Assembly: GCA_951406725.2 (NCBI GenBank)
Contig: OX597835.1
Coordinates: forward strand, 45,694,001 to 45,758,000
DNA length: 64,000 bases
Reading direction: 5' to 3'
From: Octopus vulgaris
Lineage: Eukaryota
The position numbers and the translations under genes were made by a program. Below are positions 12,556 through 27,825 of this stretch, piece by piece. Every line of letters begins with the position of its first letter. Position 1 is the stretch's first letter. The notes below the pieces were generated by a model. It worked only from the letters and a program-made list of their open reading frames with translations, was not told the DNA's origin and made no database searches.

Positions 12556-12950
12556 CGGGAAGCTTTATGAAAATAGACAAAAGACAAAGGCAGGTGGAAA
12601 ACAAACAAACAATTGTATTAGTATGGCGCTCAGGAAATATAAATAAAACAAGTCTTTAACGTTTCGAGCCTACGCTCTTCAACAGAAAGATACACAGAGA
12701 GAAAAAAACACAGAAAGAAGGAGAGAAAAAAATGCGTGCAGTAACTAACGAACCAACATGGCGATCTGATTTCGGCCAGAAGTCAAAGATCAAACATGAG
12801 ACGCGAGAGCGAAATTAGGGGAGATAATAGGGTTGAGTGACCAGCTCCAACATAAGGGTGTGTGTGTGTGTGTGTGTGTGTGTATGAGAGAGTATTAGTG
12901 CGTATGAGAGGTCTGGACGTGTGTATGTATAGGGTTGGTGTATGTATTAG
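12554..12950 (-). mobile_element. Hammerhead-bearing repeat family A, copy 3; 3' end abuts (TA)n
   Basis: acgggaagctttatgaaaatagacaaaagacaaaggcaggtgg... homologous to copies 1 and 2; motif at 12653-12690. Confidence 0.75.
12653..12690 (-). ncRNA. Minimal hammerhead-like motif (variant core CUGUUGA)
   Basis: rc: UCUUU-CUGUUGA-A-GAGC(GUAG)GCUC-GAAA-CGU-U-AAAGA; perfect stems I and II. Confidence 0.65.
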
Positions 12951-12973
12951 TATGTATTAGTATGTATTAGTAC

Positions 12974-13048
<75 letters not shown>

Positions 13049-13087
13049 GTAGAGGTAAAACACGAGTAAATAGACATTTATGAAAAG

Positions 13088-13602
13088 CAGGAACGAAAAT
13101 GCTATTTTCTTAAAATTTGGTACATTTTCATTTTCCTTTTCCATGTTTCCTTTTTTGAAAAAACCTTATCAAAAATATGTACTAAAATGGAATATCTAAA
13201 GAGAAAAGTACTATTTAAAAAAAATTAAATTTAAATTTAAATTAAGATTAACATTCATATTTTACTTTCCTTTTCCTTCAAAGACACGTGATAATATCAT
13301 TTGGTTCTGGTAACATGACAAGTTCAACTGACTGCGACCGCATTAAATTTATCTGGAAATTTGCGGTCACAGTCAGTTGAACTTGTCATGCTACCAGAAC
13401 CATAGGATTTTATCACGTGTCTTTGAAGGAAAAAGGAAAGTAAACTATGAATGCTAATTTTAATTAAATTAAAAAATATTTTCTTTTCTCTTTTTTACAT
13501 ATATTTTAGTATATATTTTTGATAAGGTTTTCCAAAAACCAAAACGTTAAAAAGGAAAATGAAAATGTACACAATTTTAAGAAAGTAGCATTTTGGTTCC
13601 TG
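13088..13602. repeat. About 515-bp imperfect palindrome (foldback/MITE-like) between (TA)n arrays
   Basis: Arms pair about a centre near 13350, e.g. ccttcaaagacacgtgataa..catgacaagttcaactgactg / cagtcagttgaacttgtcatg..ttatcacgtgtctttgaagg; outer caggaacgaaaatgcta / tagcattttggttcctg. Confidence 0.9.
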
Positions 13603-13604
13603 TT

Positions 13605-13859
<255 letters not shown>

Positions 13860-14370
13860 TACATATACATATACATATATTTTAGCAGAAGAGAACTGGC
13901 AGTCGCTTCGAGGATTCAGCTTGGTAAATTTCATCCGAATTTACAAAAGGCTATGTGTGTGTGTGTGTGTGTGTGCCCAGTATAACTGAGTATTCCAGTA
14001 TAAGAGACCGATAAACTGCGTACCATACATTAACAAAAAACACGTATTGTCTGGACACTATCCACTACACCTCTCAAGTGTGTGTCCCGCATGTATATTT
14101 TCCGTATATTTGGATTTTTGTTCACATACACAGGAAACCCAGTTGCTAACGATGAACTATAAAATAACTTCTTCATAGCTTATCGAACTTCGATATGCCA
14201 ACTATTGACAACCTTCTGCGTCGATAAACCACTATTGTTCGTGAAAGATATTTATTAATTACACCCAATGCGGATTGCTCGGAGCTTCATAGCTTACCCA
14301 ATTTCCTAAACGCTGATCCTCGCATTTTACCTTAATATATCATTATTTCATATACACATACATACATACA

Positions 14371-14431
<61 letters not shown>

Positions 14432-14637
14432 GGAGTTTGAAGAGGTAAACAAATTTGAGTATATATTGTATATGCCCATTACATGACGTCATTAGACGCA
14501 ATTTTATCAGTACTATCTCCCTCTCCTTCTCTCTCTCTCTCTCTGCCTCCCGTTTTGCATCTATACATATGTACATCAATACATACATACATACATACAC
14601 ATATATACATATAGTTGAAAAAATATATACATGAATG

Positions 14638-14690
<53 letters not shown>

Positions 14691-15936
14691 CACCCAAATT
14701 ACTAATAAGTATAACTGTATATCTTCATATGCATATATAACACATCATCCAACATCAAACAACTCTTCCATTTTCCAGACCCACGCAGCCACCATCAGTG
14801 TTTTCCCTTCCTCTTCTTCCTTTCCAACTTACATGTTATTCTTTATAACTGCAATTCCCAACACTTCCAACACACATAAAACTTATTCACACAAACAAAT
14901 ACTGTGGGCATATTTTTTTTTTCAAATCCTAGTCACGTGCACTGTCTTACACATTTATTATACGCAGAAAATACTGTCAGTATTTCCGTTCACCTTACAT
15001 TCTCCACGCCTACGATTTGCGCAGTAAAACAGATCCAAAAGAAATGCACTTCCGTTCGACAGCGACTCCTTCACTTCAATAGGTAATCACCAACGTTCAA
15101 TGGCGCATATCTATATTTGCTATGAACACACACACGCACAGACATATACGCATTCGTATGTACACACTTATAAACAAATAGCATCTGATGCACATACGCA
15201 AGCATTTCTCTGATTGGTTTATGTTTTACAAACAGCATCATCATCACTTTAGGCAAAGAGCATTACACCAACATTAGCAATTATCTCCACCATCATCGCC
15301 ATTGCACCACAGCACAAACGATGACGAACATGAGCATAATCGTTTTAAATATCTCTAACACAACCAGTACTACCGCTGCCACCACCACCACCATCACGTT
15401 CACAACCACCACCATCATTGGTATCATATCCTTCCTCCAACTCTATAACTTCGTCATCATCTACATCATCAACATCGTTATCGCCATCATCATCATCTTC
15501 ATCGTCGTCGTCGTCGTCATCATCATCGTTGTCATCATCAACATCATCTCATCACCAACAGCAACATCTTCATCAACATCACTTATTTATCCTTCCATTT
15601 TTTCAACATCGACATTTGTCTGTAGCCATCAACCGCATCAGTTCCATTTCCGTTTGCAACATCAAACGTCATGTCTGCTATCAATATCAACAAACTAATG
15701 ATAGATTTATGTGGTCCAGCCTTTTGCTAAAGATGACAGCAAAATTCCCCTCAAACTGTTGCCTATATCTAAAATATATTATACTACAAAATGTAATTCC
15801 ATCAACGACAAAAGCTGTGGATGTAAAACACTTAACCATATGCGTGTACGAATAGAATTGACTACGAGGTGATCAGTAGTAATTAATATCATTAGTATTG
15901 TAATTTTAATTAAGTGGCCTCATGTTCTTCTTGCAT

Positions 15937-16112
15937 ACGTAGGGTGCTGAATAGTTCCTGGTTTAGGGTTTAAGAAAATAGAGGAAGACCAGTTAATTAT
16001 GGTTTTATTCAACATATCTCTTCTCAGACGCATGTACTTATTGTAGCAGTCCTTCAGTTTTTCTAGGCCTTGTAAAAAACAGAAAAAAAACAGGGAATAT
16101 TGGGCCTCCAAC
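15937..16112 (-). mobile_element. Mariner transposon 3' end remnant
   Basis: FLQGLEKLKDCYNKYMRLRRDMLNK resembles the mariner C-terminus (F..GI.KL..RW.KC....GDYVEK); TIR-like tacgtagggtgctgaatagttcc end at TA. Confidence 0.65.
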
Positions 16113-16784
16113 CAGGTTTTTCACGACGCTAGGAACTTTTCAGCATTTTTTCGCTCGTTTATATCGATGGCATGCATGTTAATAGAGTTTACGCCCGAAA
16201 CAAGATAGCTTATTGTTGAGCTGTGTTTAGAAGCACAATATATATATCGGAGGGAGACGGACGGTCGTCCTGATACCAATTGCCCAGAACGGTAGATGCA
16301 TTTTGGCATCTGGAGTCCTTCTTAAGCATGTGCGTTTATAGTAAACATATCTGTTGCCTCCATTATGGCAAACTGTAATTAATACATTCACCTGTATTGC
16401 AAATATCTACCAGCTTTAATGAACATTCCAGCGTCCGTAAATGGAGCAGTATTCAAATAAAAATATAGATCAATCTATCATGCTTAATTGACATGATACT
16501 TACTGCGATTTTCGTTCGATATGAAACCTCATATAAGCGTGCTATGTTTAACAACACTATGTATTTCTTTCTTTCTTTCCTACTTTCTTTCTTTCATTCT
16601 ATCTATCTATATATATATATATGTATATATAAATATATATGTGTGTGTGTGTGTGTGTGTTTGTGTGTACACAAATATGTACATATATATACATATAAAT
16701 ATATACATATATTTATGTATACATATATATATATCTGTATATCTACGTATATAGATGGATAGATATTATATATATGTGTGTTTG

Positions 16785-16992
16785 TGTATGTATGTATGTA
16801 TGTATGTATGTATGTATGTAGTGTATGTGTGTATGTATGTATGTATGTATGTGTGTATGTATGTATGTATGTACGTATGTGAGTGTGTGTATGTATGTAT
16901 GTATGTATGCATGTGTGTATGTATGTATGTATGTATGTATGTATGTATGTGTATGTATGTATGTATGTATGTATGTATGTATGTATGTATGT
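16785..16992. repeat. (TATG)n microsatellite
   Basis: Direct inspection. Confidence 0.95.
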
Positions 16993-17740
16993 ATAAGGAG
17001 CTTGTTTATCAACCACATGGTTCCAAGTTCAGTTAATTTATGACCGGCAGCTAGTTCTGAACTCTGAAATCCTAGTGCACTTAATTCTCAATATGCTAGT
17101 TGCAAGAAATCTTTTGATGTTGATACAGAGATAGATGAAAATTAGTAATTAATTGCAATCCCATGACCCCCTCCCACAGTGATGCATTTCTGCCACTCCA
17201 AAATTGTCGTCCTTTTTCTCTTAGTTTATTTCTGTTACAATGGTGGCAGCATGAATTTCTTTCATTCTCTAGCTCCGATAATATATTTGCGAAAAATTAT
17301 ATTAGAATATCTTCTCTCTTGAAAATCAATACTTTTGCAACTGAAGATAGCGCTGTATTTTAAGCTGAGGTAAAGCTTGCATTGGCCGATTAAAGAGTGC
17401 CGTCTGAAGTGGACGTAATGCGTTTAATACCTTGATATAGGTATTAAATCTTGTATAGACAGAAAAGAATGTGCAATGATTCTTTTACAGCTGTTCCAAG
17501 AAATGTGTAATTCCTGCAGATATCTGCATATTGGGTTAACCACAGAGATTCACAGGCGTTAGTGAAAATCCTTTGCAATCAAGTCCGTCGTCAGAGAGAA
17601 AACTGCTGATTTCCTGCTATACATATTCCGTTTTCTCCCCAATATGTCATAGCAACATGTAAACAGACTACATATCGGCTGACTACATGTTTCCACTTGT
17701 GTTCAATTATTCAATTAGTCACACACAAATAGGTACATAC

Positions 17741-17778
<38 letters not shown>

Positions 17779-17779
<1 letters not shown>

Positions 17780-17932
17780 CGACGAGCTTCTTTCCGGCTA
17801 CCAAACCCACTCACAAAGCTTTGGTAGGCCCGAGGCTGTAGTAGAAGACACTTGCTCATGATGCCATGCAGAGGAATTGAACTCGGAACCATGTGGTTGG
17901 GAAGCAGACTTCTTAGCACACAGCCATTCCGA
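17779..17932 (-). mobile_element. SINE family 1 head module
   Basis: acgacgagcttc...gtagaagacacttgc...ggaaccatgtggttgggaagc...cacacagcc. Confidence 0.8.
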
Positions 17933-17933
17933 C

Positions 17934-18018
<85 letters not shown>

Positions 18019-19374
18019 CAATTTAGGAATGGCCTAGGAATGGTAGCGATAAATTTCTATTGAATTTTTTGCTACCCTAAATTGATTAATATATATATAT
18101 ATATATTTATATTACAGAAAAAATGTAAATTCTTAACGCAGTAATGCTGTAAGGACAGCAGAGAAATATTGGGTGTTCACAGTTTTCCGTCTCGTAAGAG
18201 TAACTACCCATTTTTTCTTTGAATTTCTCACAAACATACTGCGTTCGAAATTTACTTTCTTGTCTGTAAAATACCTAACACATTCGACGCTTCTAATATA
18301 CAAGAGTGTGTATAAGTGTGGTGTGTGAGATTGGGGTGGTTCGCACGCACGCTTTTTCATGCATGTGTGTAATACATCACATGTTTTTTCCTGTCAAGTT
18401 AGTTGCAGGATGTCTACATCGTTCTATACTTTTGTATTTATGGTATATAGGGGGAATACTTGCACATCCATAGATAACCGCACAGACACAGGCACACAGA
18501 GAGAGAAACACACACACACACACACACACATGTCCACACAAATACGCAGATACTCACACAGATACGCATGCATAGACAGTAGACACATTAATTACAGAAA
18601 TATCACAAGTATGTATGTATCAATATATAAAATTTTGAAGATTCAGAGTGAACGAATATTGGTGACGAAAACAACACGAAAAATAAAGAAAGAAAAGAGA
18701 ATCGTAGAATGAAACTAAAAGACAATTCGGAATATTTTGTGGAGAATACTTTTTTTTTTTTTCCTCCTTTTAATTTCCTCTCTTGAAATTAGAAACTTCG
18801 AGATAAAGACAAAAATACTATATAGCCGTTTTTAGTCTCGTTAGAGGAACGTCATAGAGCAAAAATATGAAAGATTAAGATTTGCGAATGCTGTTATTGC
18901 CTACGAAATATTTCAATGAATACGCTTTCTCTATATTTATTATTTGACGCATTAAAATACAGTTGTGGCTATTTCGATAAATAATTTCCTGTCTATCCTA
19001 TAGTTTTACTACTAATGGTTGAGTGACAACCACTACGTGAATCCAATATGAAGGTAGAATGTTGAGAAGACAGTAATGAAATTTATTGAGTAAAAATTAG
19101 AATTTACTATTAAAAATATAAATATATATACGCCTTCCGATGTAGCAGTCTGTGGTTTTCGGTAGGGATATGGTTTTATTTTTGTGCCCTTATTAAGACA
19201 ATTGTTACTATAGAACCGCACGACGTTGTCATTGGACGACATTATATTCATAAAGTTGGTTTTTAAGATTTCACGTCCTAGTAAAATGCAAAACCGGAAA
19301 AAGATAGACATATGGGCATATGTACAATGAATGCCTAGATATGTAGTGCCGAGAATCCTTCTCACTCACTTCAG

Positions 19375-19498
<124 letters not shown>

Positions 19499-19565
19499 AT
19501 ATATATGTATATATATATATATGTGTGTGTATGTATATATATATATATGTATATATATGTGTGTG

Positions 19566-19610
<45 letters not shown>

Positions 19611-20130
19611 TTGTCTTTTTCTCTATCTATAAAAGATAGATTCTTGATTTCCCCTGGACTTAATAGAATAATATTAAACCCCCTCTCCCAGTAGTAAATC
19701 TAAATAACAAAGTAAAATCAAGGATAAGCAGTGTTTGCATGAAAAAAATATCAGTTACTACTATGTTTTTTTTTATGAAACTTATTCTCTGTCTACCTAC
19801 TTACACTCTTTGTGATTTTGGTTAACGGAATAACTATAAAAATGAATCTTTTAATTTAACTAAATTCTATATTTTTATGCAGCTGAAGATTGCTTTACAT
19901 TTTAAAATTGATGTAATACTTGCATTGTTCAATTAAATGGAGTCGCATAAAACGATCGTACTGCTTTACCTCTCGATATCCTTGTTGCTTATTTTGATTC
20001 TAACCACCCCATTTGAATTATATGGATAATACCATACTAAATTCTGGTGCCTTTCACTTAAGTACGATATTCAACTAAATCTAAATTTTTACTGAACTTA
20101 TATATGTATATATATATATATATATATATA

Positions 20131-20325
20131 CTCTTTTACTTGTTTCAGTCATTTGACTGCGGCCATGCTGGAGCACCGCCTTTAGTCGAGCAACTCGACC
20201 CCAGGACTTATTCTTTTTGTAAGCCCAGTGCTTATTCTATCGGTCTCTTTTTGCTGAACCGCTAAGTGACGGGGACGTAAACACACCAGCATCGGTTGTC
20301 AAGCAATGCTAGGGGGACAAACACA

Positions 20326-20391
<66 letters not shown>

Positions 20392-20563
20392 AATATATAC
20401 GACAGGCTTCTTTCAGTTTCCGTCTACCAAATCCACTCACAAGGCATTGGTCGGCCCGGGACTATAGCAGAAGACACTTGCCCAAGATGCCACGCAGTGG
20501 GACTGACCCCGGAACCATGTGGTTGTTTAGCAAGCTACTTACCACACAGCCACTCCTGCGCCT
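20131..20563 (-). mobile_element. tRNA-derived SINE family 1, full length
   Basis: Near-identical to 46567-46985 and 5064-5460; inserted in a TA tract. Confidence 0.92.
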
Positions 20564-20694
20564 ATGTATATATACATAAATGTAACAAAAACGCAATAGA
20601 GGCCAATAAAACAGGAGAAACAACAATTAAAAGGACAGGGAGAAAAAGTCGGGTCATTGTGGCCTATATACATATGTATATATCTGCGTCTGTA

Positions 20695-20734
<40 letters not shown>

Positions 20735-21584
20735 TGGGTTTATCTGTGTAAGTATTTATATACATATATTTGTATATACATACAAAAATATAATTATATA
20801 TATGTGTACATATGCATATATATTTGTATATATATATACATATGTATACACATATATTATAGATGTGTGTATATATATTTGTGCGTGTATGTGTGTGTGT
20901 GAGTCTGTATATGTGTGTGCGTTCGTGAACTCACACAATCATGCATAAACCTAATATTTTCATATTCATCAAGGACCATATGCTTTCATGTTCATGTGTG
21001 TGTGTTTGTGTGCCCGTGGACGTGTGGACGTAAAAGTCCACCGAAGTTATTTTTGTAATTCTTCCTGCGATAAGACCGGATTTAAAACGGAATTGCATCT
21101 GATACGTTCTAATGTTATCGCTAGTTTGTTTTCATTTCATTTGCCATTGGTGTTTCTGTTACTCCTGTTGTTCTTGTTGTTGTTGTTGACGATGATGGTA
21201 TTTTGTAGTCACGTTCGTTTTTTTTTTCTTTATCCGCCATTTCTCCTTTATCGATTATCCTCACTAATATATTCCCAACGCTTACAAATTACTGTCACGT
21301 GTGTGCACGTCACGCCATCTGTATGATGTAAGTCACGTAGAACTGATTTAATTCACATTAGAAATTAATGAGCACTGCACAATCTCATCAGCCCCGTCTT
21401 TTAGATATAATGCTCTGTCCTCAAGCCATCGCGGCTTATGATATCGTTTGCTATGATATCTAGAATTTTCTTGGTACTCGAGATAACATAGTAACTTATC
21501 CTCAGGAATTGTAAGTACGTTTCTACAGATTTTACGAGTTATCAACATGTGATATGCGATATGCAGAAGGTTTCATTTTTCCTT

Positions 21585-21721
<137 letters not shown>

Positions 21722-21760
21722 AATACACATACACACACACATACATATATATTTTCTGTA

Positions 21761-21970
21761 TGTGACCTCGTCTGTACCACTAGCGATGTTTACCCCTGTC
21801 TTCCCTTCTCGGGATCTTTCCTTCTCCTATGTTTCCGACGAAGAGCTCCGCTCGAAACGTTAAACCCTCCTTCTTCCCTTCTTTCCTGAGCGTCCAATAA
21901 TACTTTATTTGTTCCACGTCCTTGCGTTGTTGTGTTTTTTTTGTTTTTGTTTTCTTGTTTGGATTAACTT
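21761..21970 (+). mobile_element. Hammerhead-bearing repeat family B, copy 2; 3' end abuts a TA tract
   Basis: Homologous to 8741-8945 (reverse); partial third copy at ~44770-44835. Confidence 0.75.
21831..21865 (+). ncRNA. Minimal type I hammerhead-like motif (core CCGACGA)
   Basis: GUUU-CCGACGA-A-GAGC(UCC)GCUC-GAAA-CGU-U-AAAC; 4-bp stems I and II, palindromic stem III. Confidence 0.7.
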
Positions 21971-22197
21971 TATATATAATATATATGCATATATATATAT
22001 ATGTATATGTACACACTTACATATCTATGCATATACATATGCATATGTGGGCACAGGACGTCACATAACTTAAAACACGAAAATATGAAATACGGAAGAC
22101 TAATATATGGAATATGAACTTTTTGCGAACAACGAAGGAAACTAATGGAAATCAAGACAAGCAGCATAACGAACGACCCTTCATCAGTTGTCGGCTG

Positions 22198-22252
<55 letters not shown>

Positions 22253-23856
22253 CTACTAATCCTCTCAAGTGGAATATATTTCACGTGAGAACATATACAA
22301 TTTTTATGTGTACACCAAAAAAAATTGTACTGCTCTTTAACGATCCATAGGCTTTGCAAACGCGTCTAACCTTTGCTTTATTAAAACATTTAATCATGCA
22401 TTACCAATGTGCAACACATTCGCTATGACAATGTGTAACTACTTGAGGAGGTCAACACTACTATCTCTGTCAGTTCTGACCGAATTGAAGGACGATCATC
22501 AAGGCAGTGAATTAATATTGCAAAGCGCTTTGCGCCAATGCTTTAATGTTCCGACACAATGCGTGTGTTTATTCAGCTTGCGTTTCAAGAAGCGTTTTTT
22601 TATTTATTTAAATGATAAAAAATTTATAGTTCTCGGGTTTAATTGTTCTCTGGTGGGTGTTGTTGCTATTCTGTAAGGATTTATTCTGGGGACACGATGT
22701 TTACATATTCGTATGAGACATTGGTATATCAGGAATACAGTTTGATGCTTTTGCAAAGCTTGAAACTGAATGGTATTCCGCCTTCAATACTGGAACACAT
22801 AATGTAATCTTCAGTCAGAAACACTGCGCGACAAAGTTGACAGTTTGTGACAAAGTGTGTGACACACCATAAACTTTGGATTACAGATGCAATCAATCAG
22901 ATGAATATAAAGTTCAGTTAAATATAATTTTAACATAACGTTTTCGGCTGACCTCTAGAAATAATACAGACATTTGCCCAAAGTTTCATTTTCTAGATTG
23001 TGTTGGAGAATTCAGAATTGAAACATCGCTTTGGATGGATACAATCTTATCATGTGCTATTTCCTAGAAAATAAATGGGACGATCACTGCTGAAGAAGAC
23101 TAGAACTCTACAATATTAAATGCGCATCTACATACATATATCTGGCCATCACTATAATAGTTTTCTTTTATTTCGTACGAACATCCAATTGATCAACTCC
23201 CCAAAGTTAATTCCTCAGGGACGTCATCTGCATGAAATGCAATACTTCAGCTAGTCTTACAATGTTGAAATATAAGTTGTACTGTGTGGAAGATGCAGCT
23301 CGACAGCTAATATTCTTTCATTCAATTCCGCAAACATGCGAGACAATTCGGCTCCAAAATCACTAACAAGGTCATACAAAATGAACTAATGGATAATATG
23401 TACTAAACCCCAGCAATTTCATTATAGCGCTCTTCGTAGTTACGGTAGAGAAAAGAGACAAGCTTAGTTAAACCGTAACAAAACATGCTTCCTTGTGAAT
23501 AACGCATGTTTAATGAACGCCAGACGCAATTTTACACAACTTTCAATTATCGCCAAACACAACTAATCTATATTTGTTTTTATTGCAATTTTAATCTATT
23601 TTTCTTTTTTGTTAATGTATGATTTGCATTTGACGTGTTCGTGGTGTTTATAGAAAACACATTGACCCTCAGACTTCGATCGTAATCGGATTTAGTTGAT
23701 TTGTAAACAGAGTGGCACAAAGAATAATACAAACCTCTAACAGATTAAGAGACTGGCATGGAATCCTAATTTAATTACTTTTCCATGGTGAGACGCGGAC
23801 GCCATTACGTGAAGCAATAACAGAGGACAAAGGACGAGCTTCTGCAGGTATCTTAA

Positions 23857-24075
23857 ATCATCATCGTCATCATCTTCGTCATCATCATCATCATCATCAT
23901 CATCATCGTCGTCGTTGTCATCGTCGTCATCGCCAACACAGTCATCACCAACATCATCACCATTATCATCATCACCATCATCATTATCAGCATCATCACC
24001 ACCAGCAGCATCATTATTATCATCGTTATCATCATCGTCGTCGTCGTCAACAGTCATCATCATCATCACCACCAG

Positions 24076-24125
<50 letters not shown>

Positions 24126-24800
24126 CAATCATCATCTTCTACTTCACTTTTTCTTCTTTATATTCTTCGTGTTTTATTTCATACTTCCACGTTTCCTCTT
24201 CCTCCTCTATCTCCTCAGGCTCCTCCACCTCTTTCTCTACCTCCACCTAATCTTCCTCATCTCCTCCCTCCCACTCCTTCTCCTCCTCATCTTCATCCAT
24301 ATGTGTGTTTTCCTTTTTATTCTTTTTCCCTTCTTTATTCTTGTTTTGCTATTTATCTCTCTTTTTCTTTTTATCTTCCTCAGTCCTTGCTCTCCTACAT
24401 CTTTTCTCTTCTTGCTTTCCTCCACATCTTTCTCACCATGACTCTTCTTCTTCTTCTTGTTCTTCTTCCTCCTCCTCCTCCTCCTCCTCCTCTTCTTCTT
24501 CTTCTTCTTCTTCTTCTTTTTCTACTTCTACATCTCATTGTTTTTCATCGTCTCATCGGCTTCGTCATTCTTCATCTTTTCATTCATCTCCTTTTTTCCT
24601 CACCAGCACCATCACCATTATCTTCTTCTTCATCATTCTCATCATTATCCTCCTCCTCCTCCTCCACATCATCTTCATCATCAGCAGCAGCAGAAGCAAC
24701 ATCATCATAATCGTCATAATCTTCATCAACATCTTCATCCTCCCCCTCCTCCTCCATCTCCTCTTCCTCCGCCTCCTGCTCCTCTGCATCCTCATCAATT
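23857..24800. repeat. Low-complexity (CAT)n/(CTT)n/(CCT)n trinucleotide region
   Basis: Direct inspection; explains the poly-D/M/S/H ORFs. Confidence 0.9.
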
Positions 24801-25142
24801 CTTTTTCTTGGTCTCTTTCATATTGTTCTTCATCGCTCTACATTTCGACTCTAAATAACTTCACATATATCACCGTCCGCATTTCTCTCATTCTCTCCCA
24901 TCAATATCTCTCGCAAAGCTAACAATGGACGCCGTCACTTCGCCTTAGTTGAACGAAATACAGCGAAGTATAAGCCTCTTTCTTTGACTCTCTCAATACG
25001 ACTAAACGAAAAAATTTGACCGGCAGAGCAGCGTGTATTTAGAGTGATTGATATTCTGGGTGCTTCATATCTTTATATCACGGTTTTCAACTATATGTAT
25101 ATGTGTGTGCGTGTGTGTTTGTGCGCACGCACACACACACAC

Positions 25143-25175
<33 letters not shown>

Positions 25176-25182
25176 CATATAT

Positions 25183-25237
<55 letters not shown>

Positions 25238-25238
25238 T

Positions 25239-25299
<61 letters not shown>

Positions 25300-25904
25300 C
25301 AAACACACACATATATATATATATATGAGGAGAATGAGAGGGAGAAGAAGAAGAAGAAGAAGAGAAAGTGGCTTCCGGTTGATTCGATCCTTCTGGTGAT
25401 TTCACATTAATAGATGAACCACTGTGAGTTGTCTTTCTCATTTCACCAGTGTGAAAGTCAACGAAGATAGCCATGGCTTAACTGAAATGAAACAAAAGAA
25501 CGTCTGCTCAATGAATAGCAACATAAATCCAGCCCCAGCGCACACACAGTCTTCCATCTGCACATAATTACCACTCCTTCCTTTCTTCCCACCTCCTTCT
25601 TATCCTCCTCACCAAATACACACACAAATGCCCACTTGACACGTTTGCCCACTTAAGACTGGTAAAAAGATTAAAGCACCTCACGGTGCTTCATCCACTA
25701 ATGTTATATCGCCTGAAGAAATGAATCAGTGCTGATGATCAAATGGATGTCCATGGATACTACGGACTACACTGCAATCATCCCAGGAATACGGACTATG
25801 ATCGTAAAATCTACGTGATTTGTGGAAACGCTCGTAACAATGCGTTAAAAGTTTATAAATTCCATCCTAAGATTATTGATATTATTACACACACACAGAC
25901 ACAC

Positions 25905-25976
<72 letters not shown>

Positions 25977-26727
25977 GTCTCCACTCAGAAAAAGTCAGGT
26001 CGGCTGGATCCTATAGAAGAAGACACTTGCCCAAGTTGCCGCGTGGTGAGACTGAAACCGGATCATCTTATCACGCAGCCAATCTTGCAAGCATCAGTAC
26101 ACTATGCAACAATTTACAAACGAGGAATCATGTATTTAGTGGACATTCAAACTGCTAGAAATATCAAACTTTTCCTCACGAAAAACATACATGGTATAAA
26201 GTAGTCAGATATTTTTTTGCAAACCTAATAATCACAACATATCATTCCTACCTAATGCAGCCAGAGATAAATTTTATCTGAATTTCATGTCTGGTGAGAG
26301 AATAACAAAATGTATTTGTATTTGTTTACATTTTCAATGCATGGCTTTCAATTTAATAGAGTAAAATTATTTTTTATAGTTTATATACATTTCTAATACT
26401 ATATAGTACCATAAACGCGGCTGGTTATTGCATTTCAACTCAATAGTTATTGCACAATGCTAACGTATTTTTCTTTATGTCTCATAGAAATATTTATAGC
26501 TCTTCTTTTTTTCTCGGTCTGAATCAGTATGTTGTAACCATGATGTCGCGCCACCTTCGACGATATTTTGAGATAATACCAAACTAAATGCTGATCTTTA
26601 TTCTGTTAATCTCTAAATATCGAATCTCCAGCTGGTTACATTCTTTTTTGATTTAACTTTAAAAAAAATGTCATTCAGCATGCTATCCACGCGTAATATT
26701 ATATCAATATATATATGTGTGTGTGTA

Positions 26728-26767
<40 letters not shown>

Positions 26768-26781
26768 CCCGTCCGTATGTA

Positions 26782-26837
<56 letters not shown>

Positions 26838-27377
26838 TACGTACGTTTGTATGTATGCATGCATGTTCTTCTTTGAATTTTATTTAAGCTGTTCTGAAGA
26901 GAATTCCCGGTGTTTGCAAATATGTGGTTGACTTGATGTGTTCGTTGCGCAGTCGATTCAAACACCAAAGTATGGACATCTACTCATCTAAAAATTCACA
27001 AAGGAAGAATCTTTGAAATTTTTTACAAATATTCACTCTGCCTCTAATAGAATGGATTGGGAGAATCCGCTTCAGTTTCTTTTGCTGTTTCTTCGAAAAA
27101 CGCGTATTTCTAGTTTTTTAAAATATGATAATATATAGAAATGAGAATTTAAAGTCAAGGTACAAGTTCTGTAATTTCCGTATTAATTCACCGTGCGGAA
27201 AACAAATGTAATGCACCGTCTGTTCCACAGAACAATATCAGATCTATTGTTCTCCAACTCTGAACATATTTACTGTTGAGCACTTGTTGTCTGAGTAACA
27301 CAATCTGACATTCAAAGGCTGTTTGGATTGATATAATGCCTTTACTGCCATCATTTCTAACATAAATTCTATCAGTG

Positions 27378-27825
27378 AGTATGTATGTATGTATGTGTAA
27401 ATGTGTCTGTATGTGTGTAGGTAGGTAGGTAGGTAGATAGGAATGTAGGTACGTAGGTATGTACGTATGTATGTATGTAGGCAGGTAGGTAGGTAGGTAC
27501 GTATTTATGTATGTATGTATGTATGTATGTGTAAATGTGTCTGTATGTGTGTAGGTAGGTAGGTAGGTAGATAGGAATGTAGGTACGTAGGTATGTACGT
27601 ATGTATGTAGGCAGGTAGGTAGGTAGGTACGTATTTATGTATGTATGTATGTATGTATGTGTAAATGTGTCTGTATGTGTGTAGGTAGGTAGGTAGGTAG
27701 ATAGGAATGTAGGTACGTAGGTATGTACGTATGTATGTAGGCAGGTAGGTAGGTAGGTACGTATTTATGTATGTATGTATGTATGTATGTATGTAGGTAG
27801 GTAGGTAGATAGGTAGGTAGGTATA
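27378..27825. repeat. Higher-order tandem repeat (about 130-bp unit, about 3 copies) built from TATG/TAGG microsatellites
   Basis: The marker gtaaatgtgtctgtatgtgtgtagg...gataggaatgtaggtacgtagg...ggcagg...gtacgtattt recurs at ~27397, 27531 and 27661. Confidence 0.9.

Noticed and set aside
22048-22200. CUGAUGA on the minus strand in TA-flanked segments here and at ~1640-1655
   Set aside because: No downstream stem II-GAAA-UH; may be pLTR fragments but no ribozyme can be drawn
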